Part shown: one piece after another, positions 50,804 to 64,000 of the stretch | Numbering within the stretch: position 1 is the stretch's first letter | Layout of the letters: the number at the start of each line of letters is the position of its first letter | Origin: Antedon mediterranea | Taxonomy: Eukaryota; Animalia; Echinodermata | Length of the DNA: 64,000 bases | NCBI RefSeq assembly: GCF_964355755.1 | Contig: NC_092670.1 | Span: 34,336,388 to 34,400,387 of the forward strand | Direction of reading: 5' to 3' | Translations under genes and position numbers: made by a program | The notes under the pieces: generated by a model | Seen by the model: only the letters and a program-made list of their open reading frames with translations | Told to the model about the DNA's origin: nothing | Databases searched by the model: none

Positions 50804-52025
50804 CAGGGGCGGATCCAGGATTTTGTGAAAAAGGGGACGCACCTTTAGAGCGTCCACACCAACTCAGCCCCACCACGGTGGGATGGGGGTGGGAGGGGGG
50901 TGAGTTGAGACGATTTTGAAAATATAACACCTCTAGATGGTCGGAAATGGCACTCTTACTTTATTATAAATGTATTAACAATTGATATTTTAAATATGAA
51001 AAACTGAGGTACTAGCCTATGGATGGCATTTTCCCCACAGGCCTATTTTGAGTCAGCGTTTGCACATGGCGCGGAAAAGGTGCTTGCAGGACCGTCGACA
51101 GGACCTGTGGCGATCGAATTGAACTTTGTTAAATGACCCCCAGATGGCCGGAAATGGTACTCTTGCACATAAAATTCATGATAAATGGCACCACCTCTAA
51201 TTTGCAGGAAAAGACACTCTCATATGTAGCATGCTACCAATGAGCAAAACGATCATACCTTTCCCTCCAATAAACACACGTGACTAATTACAGGACGATA
51301 TAAAATAACATTTTATTGCCGATTTCATTCACTCCTCAGTAGGCCTATTTTGTGTTGATTGCGTTGCGTTCAAGTTCAATGCGAACGTACATCTAGGTAG
51401 AAGGGAAGGCCCGAAAAAACCGCAAAATTTAATGCTAATTATAGCTCAATATTTATTTACATCAATTTGTTGAAGAAATTAAATATATAAATATAAATAG
51501 ATATTGATACAGTTGGGTGGGTGGCCTAGAAAAAAAAGTCGGTTTCCATAATGTATACTACAGTACACAGTTACCCCAGTTAGTGTACTATTATTATTAT
51601 TAACATATCCTCTATGATGATGATCTGGTAACCACGGCGTTCCATTTTTGACGTATATACAGTTTTATTTATGCGGTTGTATGTCATTTTTGTATGAATC
51701 GTTCGTGCCCCGAGTAGGCCTATAGGTACGATACACGCATCAATATCATGTTACATCCGGGGACCAAAAGCGTTTATTTTTCAGGTGAAAATAGGCAATT
51801 CATTTCGCAACTCTTAGAAATTTACAGACAGCAACAGCAATGGTGACCTCTAATAAAAGTAAATTAGCACGGCGCTGAAACAATGTGTTTTAATCAAAAG
51901 TGAAAGTACTTTACTCTTTTTTACGCTTCTTTTTCCCAATTTTTTTTCCTTATGGTAGGATAATTTTGTTCTCTCGAGATTTATAGGGGGCGTGCGGAGG
52001 GCGCGCCCCTCTGGATCCGCCACTG
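50804..52025. mobile_element. hAT-like non-autonomous element(s)
   Basis: Termini CAGGGGCGGATCCAG / CTGGATCCGCCACTG and an internal repeat AGATGGYCGGAAATGG. The flanking 8-mers do not match, so the two ends may belong to different insertions. Confidence 0.5.
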
Positions 52026-52194
52026 ACTGATGGTGCTGGTGGTCCAATGTAATTGTTAAGAAACCCAGTGCATCTTTCGTAAGAGCAAGATATTATTACC
52101 CTATATCTATATGATACTGGCCCATCGCTGTCGAAATAAGAATTAGATCCGTGTAGTAAGAATATAAACATCTATGTTTTTATTTACTAGTAGA

Positions 52195-52441
52195 AGGATA
52201 TGTTAAAAAGCAGAAATTGTGCTATTTTGGCCACATTAAGCGGCAAGATGGAATGGAGACGAGAGTGTTGGAGGCTTATATTCCAGGGAAGAGAAGAAGA
52301 GGAAGACCAAGATGGAAAAAGACTATAACAGATGTGTTTGACTCTATGGAGCAAGCAAGTAGGATCACAGAAGACAGGAGATGGTTTCAGAATACTGTTA
52401 GAGAAGCCACGTTCAGCGTTTGCTTTGACGACGACGACGAG
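52195..52441 (+). mobile_element. RTE-clade LINE 3' end
   Basis: KLCYFGHIKRQDGME.RVLEAYIPGKRRRGRPR..W...EDRRW is the typical RTE ORF C-terminus, followed by a (GAC)n microsatellite tail. Confidence 0.75.
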
Positions 52442-52525
52442 TATAAGGAACTTTTACGAGAAATTGAAACTATGAAGGAGGGTGCACGGGGTCATTAAAA
52501 AAATGTCTGTCGTTCTTTCTTTTAA

Positions 52526-53113
52526 AGCTCATGTACAGGCATGAATTTTAAATATAATATTTGGTTAATTGTACATAAATCAAATATTTGAAACAGAAAT
52601 CAAGACGAAAAAACATGAATTCCTCTTAATATGGTCAAATACAAAATTTGGCAAAATGTTGCCATAAAAACCAGGAAGAATTTTTTTCAGTAGTTAGGTA
52701 GTTTAACCTAATGTAATAACATGTCTGGTGACTCCCTAGAAGGTGAAAAAAGATGGTGGATATACGGTGGATAATTTTTGCTATAGCATGAAAATAAAAA
52801 TCTGAAGTTGAATAAAAATACCAGAAATGTAAAATTAAATTTATATTACCTATATTTAGTCATCTATTAACATTTTTTACCACCCCGTTTATTTTTCATA
52901 GCTTTTTAAAATGCCTCTCTATTTACAAAATGTGTTTACAAAAGAATAGAGATTTTACTGTGTAATTTGAACTATCCCCCCACTGAGAAGAAATTTTCAA
53001 CAAGCTCATGTAACTCAAATAAATCCAAAAAAATTATGAAACCTAGGGGAAACTATAGATCGATAATTATTGGAATGTATGATCAATAGAAATTTTTTGC
53101 CCGTATCTGGCCT
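52526..53113. mobile_element. Family K copy (TTAA TSD)
   Basis: TTAA|AGCTCATGTACAGGCATG...GTATCTGGCCT|TTAA; full-length inverted match to 10178-10776. Confidence 0.8.
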
Positions 53114-53624
53114 TTAAGTGGTGTTCATCGGTTCTGCAGTCACAGACATTACAGATTCCAAAACTGTATAAAACTGTATTTGATTTTAAAGCTATATGTC
53201 TAAACTTTTTGAGAAAACGTGTGATGTGCCCAAATGACATTATCATGTCCATATAATGGGCACATAACATTTTTTCTCATATAAAGTTTGATAGTGTAGA
53301 CTAGACTTAACTTGTTCTTGTACTTTTTCTTGCATAACCTTTGTTGAAATTGATTTTGAAAAATGAATGAAAGAATGTAGGTTAAGTTCGCAAGGATTCT
53401 TTTATATTTTAATAATATGAATTGTTAAATCTGGTGTAAGATTAATATGAATTTCGATACTACTAAACTCATAAGAGGGCGCTCTTGGTTGTGGTAACAG
53501 TGTGTTTTCATAGTTGGTTAAGTATTAAATTTAAATCTCTAAAAATCACTTTAATCCTTCTAAATTGTAACACTATCTGTAAGAGATATTAATAATTACC
53601 TAATACTAGAGCTATACTTTACTG

Positions 53625-54905
53625 TTTAACAAAATGAATAGTTTAAGAGATAACAGGCAAAAATGGCTCAAGTGCATAATTAATGTGCACATATTGCTAC
53701 AATAGCGATATTTAAATGGACATAAGTTTTATACTGAAACCCCTAGAACATCACAACTTGTTATCTTAGCAAAACTTTTGATCCTGAATCCATTTTTACA
53801 ATCAATGAAGTAACAAAATCAATAGTTTTAAAGATACATTTGCTAAAAAATGGCCCTAGAGTGAATGCACACAGCAACAATTGCAAATATGTATATGGGC
53901 AATTAATTCCAGCAAAATGTCACCCAGTGCAACAAAAATTTAAATTGACATTGAAAAATCATAAATGGTGTCATTTTAAAGATTATTAGTTGAACTTTTA
54001 TTAATTATAATTGTTTTTTTATATAATAATCAGAAAAAACAAATATTTTGTCTGTTGAATATGTACGTACATTTTGAAAAATGTTTTTTTCCCATTTTTT
54101 TTCTGAATTTTGCTAAAAATTCAATTTACAAACATAATAACATAATAACATAACATAATTATTAAAAATTTTCCCTAGAAATTAAAAAATTCTGGCCGTG
54201 CAAAATTTGTAAATTTTAGGTGTGACGTGTACGTCCATATAACAAAATTACAACAAATCATTTTTTCTTAGTTGCGTAATTGCATATTGATATGGATTTT
54301 TTTTAGCTGAACTATCATTTTTTAGCCTTTATGATTAAAAAATAATTCATAAATCATGAACATTTCATTTAATTTTCTTTTCTTTTTGTTGTTAATTATA
54401 ATATGGACGTACATTTTTATGTATGTCCATACAGTACGTCCATAACGTTAGTTGAACGGGCTCTGAGATGATAAATTTCCTAACAAAATGTATACATCAA
54501 TGTTAATATAGGTAGTGGTGTTCCCTCTCAAATATAGTAATCTTTTTATAAAAGTACTTATGATAAAGAATGGAACATTGGAGGAAAAATACTTGAAAGA
54601 TCAGAAGAAAATATGGCCTGGACGTACGTCTATGTAAAATTCATGAACATCCAAGAAGCGCACCAGCAGTCTAATGAAAACTATTCATTTTGTTACTTTG
54701 AATGAAGCAGAAATGGATTCAGGATCAAAAGTTTTGCTGGTGATAACAAGTTGTGAGGTTTCAGTATAAAACTTATGTCCATTTAAATATCGCGATGGTA
54801 GCTAGCAATATGTGCACACTATTTATACACTTGAGCCATTTTTGACCACGTATATCTTTTAAACTATTCATTTTGTTACTTTGAATGTTGCAGAAATGGA
54901 TTCGG
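53625..54905. repeat. Diverged ~200-bp inverted repeat pair (53625-53830 / 54675-54880), old long-TIR element
   Basis: AAAAATGGCTCAAGTG...GATATTTAAATGGACATAAGTTTTATACTGAAACC...AGCAAAACTTTTGATCCTGAATCCATTT and its reverse complement about 1 kb downstream. Confidence 0.7.
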
Positions 54906-55756
54906 GGCCAAAAATTGTCTAAAATTGAATGTATTGAAAGCACTAGGAAATAAAATACTGAAATTATGATCTTCCGAAAATTGACGATAGCACGTTTTAC
55001 ATTGAAATTGCTACAAATATACACAAAACGCCTTCATTTCATAGTCATATTTCGACATGAAGGAATAAAGACATCAAACTGGTATTTGGAACATAGCTGA
55101 ATCATGCATTGATGAACTTATATGATGAGTTTCAACTTTGGGAATAATTGCCCACAAGGTCAAAGTTCAAAACGAAAAAGTAATGATTTTTTGTATTTTG
55201 TGTCCCGAGTGACTTTTTGACACGCAGTGTACCCCTAGGATGAATTTTTAATATGATAAACTTTTTTGTATGGATACATTTAGCACCATATATTAACATT
55301 GTATAGAAAAAAATCAATTAAAAAATGTATTTTCATATTTAAATAAAGGGTAAAAATTGCCGAAACTGTTTGCAACAAAATAAATTGGGGTCTCTAGGGA
55401 CAAAAATCTCGGAAAATAATTGAGATACAGCCATTTTTTTATATATTTTTAATCTATGATCAAAATTATGTCAGTCTATCAATATTCAACTTATTAGCTC
55501 TGATAGTTTTTAAAATAATGGCTAATTAAAAATGCAACTTTACAAAAAGGTAATTTATTAAGACCAAAAATTCTACAGACGACACATTTTCAAATGGCCA
55601 TAACTTTTTAACGACTTGGAGTTGGCAACTGAAATGTTTGGTGCGTACGCGTTCGTGAGACATAGTTGCATATTTTATGAAAGTTTCAAGAAAATCTGAG
55701 GGGGTACCCAGCCATGATTTTCAGAAAATTTGTTGAGTTGGCATGGAATGACCCAT

Positions 55757-55915
55757 AGTAAATGCATCCTCTATCAATAATTTTAAAACCCACCTTGAAA
55801 CACACTGGAAAACCCACAACCTAAAGTTTGAGCCATATAACCAAGATGTTCAAAGAGGGACTCACAAACCTTAACAGGTTTATAGTCTAAAGGTCAAGGT
55901 AAATCAAGGTAAAAT
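55757..55915 (+). mobile_element. CR1-group LINE 3' end relic
   Basis: VNASSINNFKTHLETHW-type C-terminus followed by a short repeated tail (AAGGTCAAGGTAAATCAAGGTAAA). Confidence 0.5.
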
Positions 55916-56788
55916 CATGAACTTTTAACAATTGAAATGTCAATTATTATCCATAAATAGGTAGGTTTGTATAGACATATCCTATAGCTTTTGTTAAGTA
56001 TTGTGTGCTTTTAAATCCACCATTCCAACACAGATCAGTGAGTTTTATTGTCAACGCATGATAACAAATAACCCAGGCCTATCTTCAGCTACAGGCCAAC
56101 CATCCATTCGTTATGGTTAGAAAATGATTAGAAGGCATGGCCAAATATAGAATAATGAAGCTCCCGACCGAATGAAATTTTGTAGCTGTTAGGCCTATAT
56201 TTTATATAAAAAAACAAATTATGATAATATTTTGATAAATATTTCTGTTATCTGCAAACATTTTGTTTACTTTTTTAAAACCCGTTTTGTCATATCGTTT
56301 TTATTTAGGCATGATTGCCATGCATGGCATGTTTGTCCGACGTTAAACAAAAGTGTTCAAATTGAGTCATCCTTTTCCATTTTTTAACGCCCTTCTTTTA
56401 GCTATTTTTGCGACACATTTTTTTAATTTCCTTAAAAAGACCATTAAACTGTTCCGCCATGATACAAGAAAAGAAAGTGTATGGATTATTATCAGGTTAT
56501 TATTTATTCAGGTAAAATAAGGAATAATTGATCTTTCGGTTGACGACTTTTTTCTAATACTGATAGCTTGCCGATTGCATTTTAAGTCTCCCAGTACAAG
56601 GTTCCTTCATTACATACAGGAGTATTTAGGCTACGTTTATCATCAGTTAGGCCTAGCATAATAATTAGATCTAATTACGGTAATTAAAATTAGAATTATA
56701 GAAAATTATTTTACAAGAGTTAGAATTATGTTCTTTATAAATTCTTATCTTTATGAATCATAGGCTCTTTCTTATGATACTTACCGTA

Positions 56789-59159
56789 CACACTAAAAAA
56801 AAAAGGTGCAAATCTCTACCTAAAAAGGTGCAAACCGATGCAACAATAGCAGCTTCCTTTAAGGTGCACAACTGCACCTTTGACGGAAGGTGCAATTTTG
56901 AACCCTGATAAAGGGTGCTATAATGCTCCTTTGGAGTTCACATTTGCACCATATAAGGTGTAATTTTCTACCCTAAAAGGTGCAAACTAAATGCAACAAT
57001 AGCAGCTCCCCAAAGGAGCAAAATTCAACCTCTAAATAAAGGTGCAACTTTACACCCTAATAAAAGGTTCAATAATGCTCCTCTAAGATTCAAATTTCTG
57101 TTAAAAAGGTGCACAAATAAAAATCACTAAAATACAAAAAATATTGATTAAGCTTTGTATAATTTTATTCAACTTTAAAACATTACATTATTCAATTCAA
57201 CTGCTGAATTAATGGATGGCAATTACCAGTCTCTGCACCTTAAATAGAGTGTGGCCATCTCTTCTCAAACCAACAATAGGCCTATTGTTAAAATTATCTA
57301 ATGATGACATCTTTGGCAGTATTTTCTTCTTATCCCCATATATCTGAAACAGTGTTCTTGATGTCTGGTTCACCTTTTCCGAACATTTTCACCTGATTAT
57401 GTACTTTCCTAAAAAGCATGAAATAGGAAGGGAAACAATTATATTAATATTATCATTAATATGACAACATCATACAATACATTATTGACATTGTTCTGAT
57501 TTTTAAAGTCAAATTACCTTGACCACATGCTTCACATACTTTAAAGTATGTTCCTCTCCCTTTCCTCAGCTCGTAGTATAGTAGGCCCTATATACTAGAG
57601 TATTACAGTACATGTGGTCACATTTCTTTCTCCTTTTCTGAACATCTTTATTGCTGCTGATTAGAGCAGAGGTGCTCTTTCATGTTTTAAACTTATTTTA
57701 TCCCTCCATGACATCATGGCATGTAGGCTGTAACTATAATTAAAAATAATGATAATGTGTATAAAAGAATTTAATATAGGCCTAGGCCTAGGCCTAATAA
57801 TACCCAGCTACTGTAATAACTAATATTAATAACTAGGCCCCTGGCCTGCCTAGCTAGGCCTATTATTAATTATAGGCCTAGCCGGCTAGCTAGGCCTCGG
57901 ACTGTAAATAAGTTTAAGGTCTAGGCCTAGGCCTACCTAGTGAACCTAGGCCTAGGCATAGCTAGCCTATTATGCCTAACCTACTAGCTAGACCCAGGTA
58001 AGTAGGCTAGGCCTGGTCTAGGACTAGCCCCCGCCCGAAAGGCTACTGTAGGCTAAGTAGGCCTCTAGACTGCCTACTTTAGGCTTAACCTAGCCTAGGC
58101 CTAATAGAGGCCGCCTAGAGGCCCTAGATAGGCTAGGTAGGAGGCCTCTAGCTAGCCATATTTATTTATTTAGCTATCATTTTTAAGTTTTAGGCCTAGC
58201 CTAGGCTTATAGGCCTATACAATAATTAATCTAATAAAAACAACCAAACTACATGCCTATAAAGCTTCGTTACTTACTTTTAACAGCTATCCTACACTGG
58301 AGAGGTGTGGGAGCTAGGGCCTAGGCCTAGGCCTAGGCCTAGGCCTAGTTTAATTTTATAGCCTGATTTTTTGGGCGCAAACTCCTCAATTCAAACTGCA
58401 TGTTTAACAACCGCACGCGCTTAAAATTATTGTTCAATTCCTGTTTCAAATAAATTTAGAACAGATGCCTACATTATGATATTAGATATTCTAATAATAT
58501 TGTTAAATATGAAAGAAAAGTTTACTTATTCTAGACAAACCAGAGTAAATAACCTCTGAAATTCAATATTTTAACAATTGTTTACAGACATCTTGCGTGC
58601 GCATACGGTACGAAAATTGTACAAAAATGGTACAAAAAGGTGCTATTATGCACCTTTTAACTGATGTTAAACCTTATAGGGTGCCCAGTTGAACCTTTGA
58701 ATTTATCATGTTAAAGGTATTAAACTTTAATTTTCAGTTACAAGCCAGCGACTTTCTAATGTTCCGTAAAAAAAAGATTTGTTCGAATTCCGATAGCTGT
58801 CCCCACAAACCTATCTATATTATTATTAATCTTTCTTATTTTTGTTTTAACTTACCACAATAATGTCATTCTAAAAAAATTGTCCTTATCATCACCTTTT
58901 AAGCTTTTAGAAGCCCTAAGTTAAACATATCAAGAAGCGTTCATTAATTTAATAGGTCTTATTTGTCACACAGTCACCATGGCCTACTTGGGCCTTTGCG
59001 GTGCAGTTCTGCACCTTTTTATACTTGTCTGCATTTTCGATATAGAAGGTGCAAAAAATAAACCTTTTATGAACTCTGCACCATTTTATGAGAAAAAGGC
59101 GCAAATTAGCACCCTTTTATAGGTTTGCACCTTTTATTGCACCTTTAGTTTTAAGTGTG
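56789..59159. mobile_element. EnSpm/CACTA (CMC)-like non-autonomous transposon, 2.37 kb
   Basis: TA|CACACTAAAAAAAAAAGGTGCAA ... TTGCACCTTTAGTTTTAAGTGTG|TA, with many subterminal AAAGGTGC(AA) / GCACCTTT motifs at both ends and a 2-bp TSD. Confidence 0.75.
57775..58350. repeat. (TAGGCC)n / CTAG-rich low-complexity tract
   Basis: Runs such as GGCCTAGGCCTAGGCCTAGGCCTAGGCCTAG. Similar tracts occur at 15925-16085, 16895-17005, 45090-45160, 60045-60205 and ~62295. Confidence 0.8.
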
Positions 59160-61857
59160 TACATCAACATTTGTAAACTTAAATTTATATTTGGAGGTGG
59201 ATTTTCCAACTTTTGGCAGAGTATTATTAAATGATTGCGCCATCTTAACTCCAATGTTGACTAGTGGCAAAGGTAAAGGAACAGCAACACTATAAAAACA
59301 GATAAAACTAGAATTCCCCAGGTAGGGGGCAGAAGTTGGCGCAGCTCGCAAAACAATCGGTCCCAGCGTTTAAAAGCCTTTGCCAAAAAAGATGTGGCTC
59401 CAGGCCCACTTTATGAGAAAATCGCTTCAGACATAGAACCCAGTCAGTTTGAGCTGACTGGGTAATATTACTTGAAACTATAGGCATTGCCAGCGGCTTA
59501 CCCGATACCCGTTTTAAAACTATTAATAGTCTTAGCAGGAACAACCGATTCAGGTAAATTAGGTCTAGTGTAAAAATAAATACCCAAATTAAAAACAATA
59601 TAGAATAGATAAAATGTGTTCAAGGAAATTTTCATAGACCGTTTTAGTTTTAATAGTTATTCACACACAAATAATAATTTCACTTTAAAAAGTAATAAAG
59701 TATAAAATACAACAAATACAAAAATAAAATTTGACCTTTGCCCTCCTCAGGTAAATTCCTTTCTTTTTATAGAATGCAATCAAAAATTACGTTTTGTTCA
59801 AATTCTCGACTTTACATTTTATTGAATGGTTATTTTGAACTGTTCAACTGGCGAATCGTAGGCATAGCGTGACCATTTGACTATAAGCCTTATAATCATG
59901 GATCAATACATTATTAATCTTCACTAATAAAAAGCATAGATGCGGAGCGAGTTTTAATTCTCTTTTTATCAAATAATAGGAGAATAGAAAAACAAGTCTT
60001 TACAACCACAATTAGGACTATGCCGTTTTTTGGCTGGATTGTTTAGGCCTAACAAATTGGAAGTTTCTAGCCTAGACTAGACCTACGATTGATGGTAATG
60101 GGTGTGTCTAGAGTGTTTACTATAGGCCTAGGTCTATAGTGGATTTACCAAGCGACCATCTATATAATATTATAATATTATTATTATTAAGTCTTTATGT
60201 AGCCTAGAGTAAAAACTATAGTTTAGTGATAGGGGCTATTATTAACTTGGTCTGTCTTATATGATGTGGCATTGCGTTACGGTACACGAAATGTATGGGC
60301 CCTCCTTGTTAATATTATCACACACCACAGCACTTGCCTCTACCAGAAATCAGATCCAACGGGGTGGGGGGTTGACAAGTCCATAAGATCTACCCACAAA
60401 TTCTTCCATTGTATTATGCGGATTAACACATCGAAAATATAAATGATTGTGTTGCTGGTCAGAGATTTGATTGTGAACAAATTCCGAATCTTGAGAGAGG
60501 CTAAACTTAAAAGTTGAATTGAGGCCGTCGCGGATTCCTGAAACAAAAGCTTTTTTATTTTGTTTTTTTTTATTTGGATTTAGATAGTTTAAGTGGATTT
60601 TTGGTTGTAAACGATCGTAAAATAGAAAAATACTTTCTATTTTTATTTCGCCGTCCATATGCGGTCAACTTCCACCAGTCTAATCTCATATTGGATTTAG
60701 TAAGATTAATAGACTTATTCGTTTGTGTAAATTATATCCTAATGAGCCGACCAATATTGATAATTTAATCTCAATAACTCAAAAATATTTGACACAAAAC
60801 TAGGATAAACTATTAAGACAGATATTACGCCGTCCGTCTACAGACAATCTTTCCCTAATCTAATCTCATATTGGATTCATATTGGAGACAGAAGAGCTGG
60901 TGACTGACTGTAGTATGCAATTTTAAGTGAAACCTTACTCGGAAGGAGACTTCATCTCAGTTCGACTCCAGTACGTGACAATATTACAGAGTTACGAAGA
61001 TCAGAATTTATTATTATTCCAGTAATCGTGTTCTTTAATGAGAAGGACCCGTATGACATCTTAACTTCTGTAATGTTTAATAATGTCAAAGTTCTACAAC
61101 ATAAATGTTTAATGCATTCCAATATTCGTCGGAAAGTGTACACTCGAGTAACAAGCACGTAGACATAAAGAGCTATCATTCTAATTTGTTAACAGAAAAT
61201 CGGCATTTATTTTCTTTTATTCGAAGCGGAATTCTCAAAATCGTTTTTAGAATACTGATAGTATATATTATATCTTCATCAGCAGTACACATGGGGTATT
61301 TCTTGAACACAGAATCTTGGTAAATTCAGGGACGGGTAGGCCTACGTAAAAAATAGAACATTTAGAATTTTTTCTGCGAAGTGTTTTTTTCCAGGCCCAA
61401 CCAAATTCAATTTCCCATTGACTGATAAACAAAAAACACACAAATATACTGTACTTAGTTAAAAAAATATTTATTTTAGAAAAACACAAAACATATTTGA
61501 GGGCCACCGATACATCGAGGGAAAGCAGGCTGACGTCATGCAGATAGCACATGATTACAAGCCAATGCTTCCCTTCTATCAGCCTAAAATGTTGAAGTCT
61601 AATTGTAAACAGGTAATTCAAGGGAATAATTAATTGCTTTGGATGATAAAAGAAACTTATATAAAATGGATTTTAAAAACTCCATTTAATGACAACTTAA
61701 CAACATGTACAGCTTTCTTGTAGAAAATATAGCTTCAGTGCATGATTTTTGTTAAATTAAAATTTCCCCTATCAAAAACATTTATTTAATATTCGTAAAT
61801 TGTGTAATCTGTGAATAAATTAATAACGATGTGACGTCGTTGCTGTTATGGCATCGT

Positions 61858-64000
61858 CTAAAAGGATGATAGACGCACGAAAACAGCCGCAACTATCAGT
61901 GTCATTACCGACATTGTAGACATGCTGGCGACGCTAGGGTCTGTGTAATATGACTTGTAGAGAACCCTGTCGAGACGTGGCTGTGGTGGACGCCAGTTGT
62001 CAGAGAGGGTATGTCCATCGTTATCGTCAAGAGCTCGAAATATTTCCATCTGTATACATAAAGAAGCAAATATATCTTGGTAAAAGACATTCCATTTAAA
62101 GCAATGTAATCAAGATATAGACATGTCGGTATTTTCGATTTTCAAATAGATGTTCTCTTTATTAAAAAAGCTTGGCTGCTTGCTACCTTAAGCCACATTC
62201 ACATTAGCCCTAATTGTTACGTTTTCTATTATTTAACAAACGTATTCAGGTGAATATAACTTTAGTTCGACGTAAAAAATTTGCCCGGGTCCTCGCTAGC
62301 CTAGCTAAGCCCAAGGCTTTTTAATTATAGTTGATGATTGTCATTTATTATTTCATTAGACATAGAAAATGTCTAAATAGAATAGGCTATTGGCGTTTTC
62401 TACTTTGTCGATAGTCCAAGGAGATTCAAACGGTGAACAGACTTACCTGTTCTGATGAAAGTACAATGGATTTCTCAAAGACAGTCCATATTACAGCTTC
62501 GTTACACGAAGGCGTAGTTAGCGACCCATCGTATCGGTAGAAGTGGTCGGTGGAATCGGGTAGAAGATGCGACAAGATAATTGTACTGTTGAGCGTAGCC
62601 ACTTCTGCAAAAACGACAATTAAATGCTTATTATTACTAATTGCTGCGTGGCAGCTACATTCTCCATTCCCGCTTAAAGGCTTCCGAACTCCATCTTTAA
62701 AATATGTAACGTTTTTGCAAATAACTTACCGTTGTCTTTAAGCTGCTGAACGGCAGCCAATATCGGCACGAAATCCTCATTATCAACATCTCCTACCTGA
62801 CAATCAAACAAAAATGAATGAGTAATATTATGTCTCATTGATAATTGATGTAATCGGTAATCGGTGCATGCGTTGCAATTGCGGTAATCATTCGCGCCGT
62901 AAGCTTGGTTCTCACTAGGATGCAACGTAAGGACGTAGGCCGCACGTCAACGAATTAACCCATCACAAGCAACAGATGGAATAAGCCTAGCTTTCGATTG
63001 GCCAATTCGCTTGCGTTGCGGCTTACGTCTTGCGTTACGTTCTAGTGGGAACCAAGCTTTAAGCGTGGTTCTCACTAGAGCCGCAACGTAACGCAATCTA
63101 CGCAACGCAAGAAAATGCCCTTCCAATAATTGTGTTTGCCCCCGCCTGCGTGAAATCAAACCTGTGATGTTTGCAGCATTGTCGCGTCGTCGGTTCCCGG
63201 TTGTGATAACGCAATACAGCACTTTGCGTCGATACGTCGCTGCGTTACGCTACGTTGCGTTCTAGTGGGAACCACGCTTTACTGAGCAAATGTATTCAAC
63301 TCACCTCAATATGAACGCCAAGAACGGCAAGACCAATCGGATCATTAACAGCATCAGCAAGTTCCATACCATCTTTCACGTGCACAATGTGCATCTGTTT
63401 AGAAAAATAATACTTCTTTATAAACGTTTACTATGCGATTGTTTTTTTAATTACTATTTTTTGGTCGGTCTATTGTAGAATATCGAAAAATCGAGATCAG
63501 TAGCCTATACACTATAGGATGTGTGCAAACTTCAAGTTAGCAAACTACTTTACTTGTGTTGACTTATATAAACTTGTTTTCTGCACTTTGCCGAAGTTAG
63601 TCAACAGCTGAACAAAGTTAGCTCAAGTTTGCAAACAATCGTTACAGGCTATGCTATAATACTGATAAAATCAAGTCACATCATCAGATGATTTCGACTA
63701 ATTCGACCATCAGATGATTTCGACCATATGATTTCGAAAACCTTTTAGTTTAGTTGTGTAGGGGTTGTAACCTAATATTATTGCAAATGGCAGCGGCCTA
63801 TACTACACTTGAGCAAGTCAACGGAAATCTTTTGGTGTCTCTACCAAATCATCATAATCTTATCTGGACTTACCTCAGCCGGATAATGTTGTCCATCAAC
63901 TGTGTGCTCAGAGCCTTGACTATCAATCGAGCCCCAATGAAAGTGAATTTGAGCTGCGTGGTACGCATCCGGTAGGCCACCACCACTGATATTATAGTCG
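61858..64000 (-). CDS. Alpha-carbonic anhydrase, probably GPI-anchored (CA4-like), 3' exons
   Basis: Exons >64000-63874 ([37 protein letters not shown]), 63394-63305 (MHIVH...[10 protein letters not shown]), 62796-62730, 62604-62447 ([22 protein letters not shown]) and 62049-61858 (DNWRPPQP, then a hydrophobic C-terminal tail). All three zinc-ligand His residues are present. Confidence 0.93.
62901..63280. mobile_element. Two adjacent related PIF/Harbinger-like MITEs in a carbonic anhydrase intron
   Basis: AAGCTTGGTTCTCACTAG...CTAGTGGGAACCAAGCTT (62901-63059) immediately followed by AAGCGTGGTTCTCACTAG...CTAGTGGGAACCACGCTT (63061-63279), with TAA/TTA contexts. Confidence 0.75.

Noticed and set aside
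59151-60768. Short ORFs (59151-59598, 60340-60768) as a further gene
   Set aside because: No recognisable domain or consistent exon chain. Part resembles decayed LINE sequence (VNIG..MA...FKFTNV).

Overview
AT-rich, intron-rich animal (probably marine invertebrate) genomic DNA. It contains the 3' part of RAD21 (+, ends 4359), a complete 8-exon FBXO16 (-, 9889-16214), a complete Staufen gene (+, CDS 35321-42519; probable untranslated exon 1 ending at 16762, head-to-head with FBXO16), an unusual kinase-like gene (+, 45359-49960) split by a 5'-truncated L1/Tx1-type LINE with an 11-bp TSD, and the 3' exons of a probably GPI-anchored alpha-carbonic anhydrase (-, 61858->64000). The dominant feature is an 18,053-bp foldback-type element (17022-35074). 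It has near-identical ~330-bp terminal inverted repeats and a perfect 9-bp TSD (TTATAACTT), and it is filled entirely with a 181/190-bp satellite: about 85 monomers in one orientation and about 9 in the other, joined with no spacer at ~33118. It sits in the probable first intron of the dsRNA-binding-protein gene Staufen. The rest of the window holds MITEs, a 5S-derived SINE, a Deu/Nin-type SINE, an EnSpm-like element and LINE relics. All calls were made by eye from the sequence and ORF track; no searches were run.
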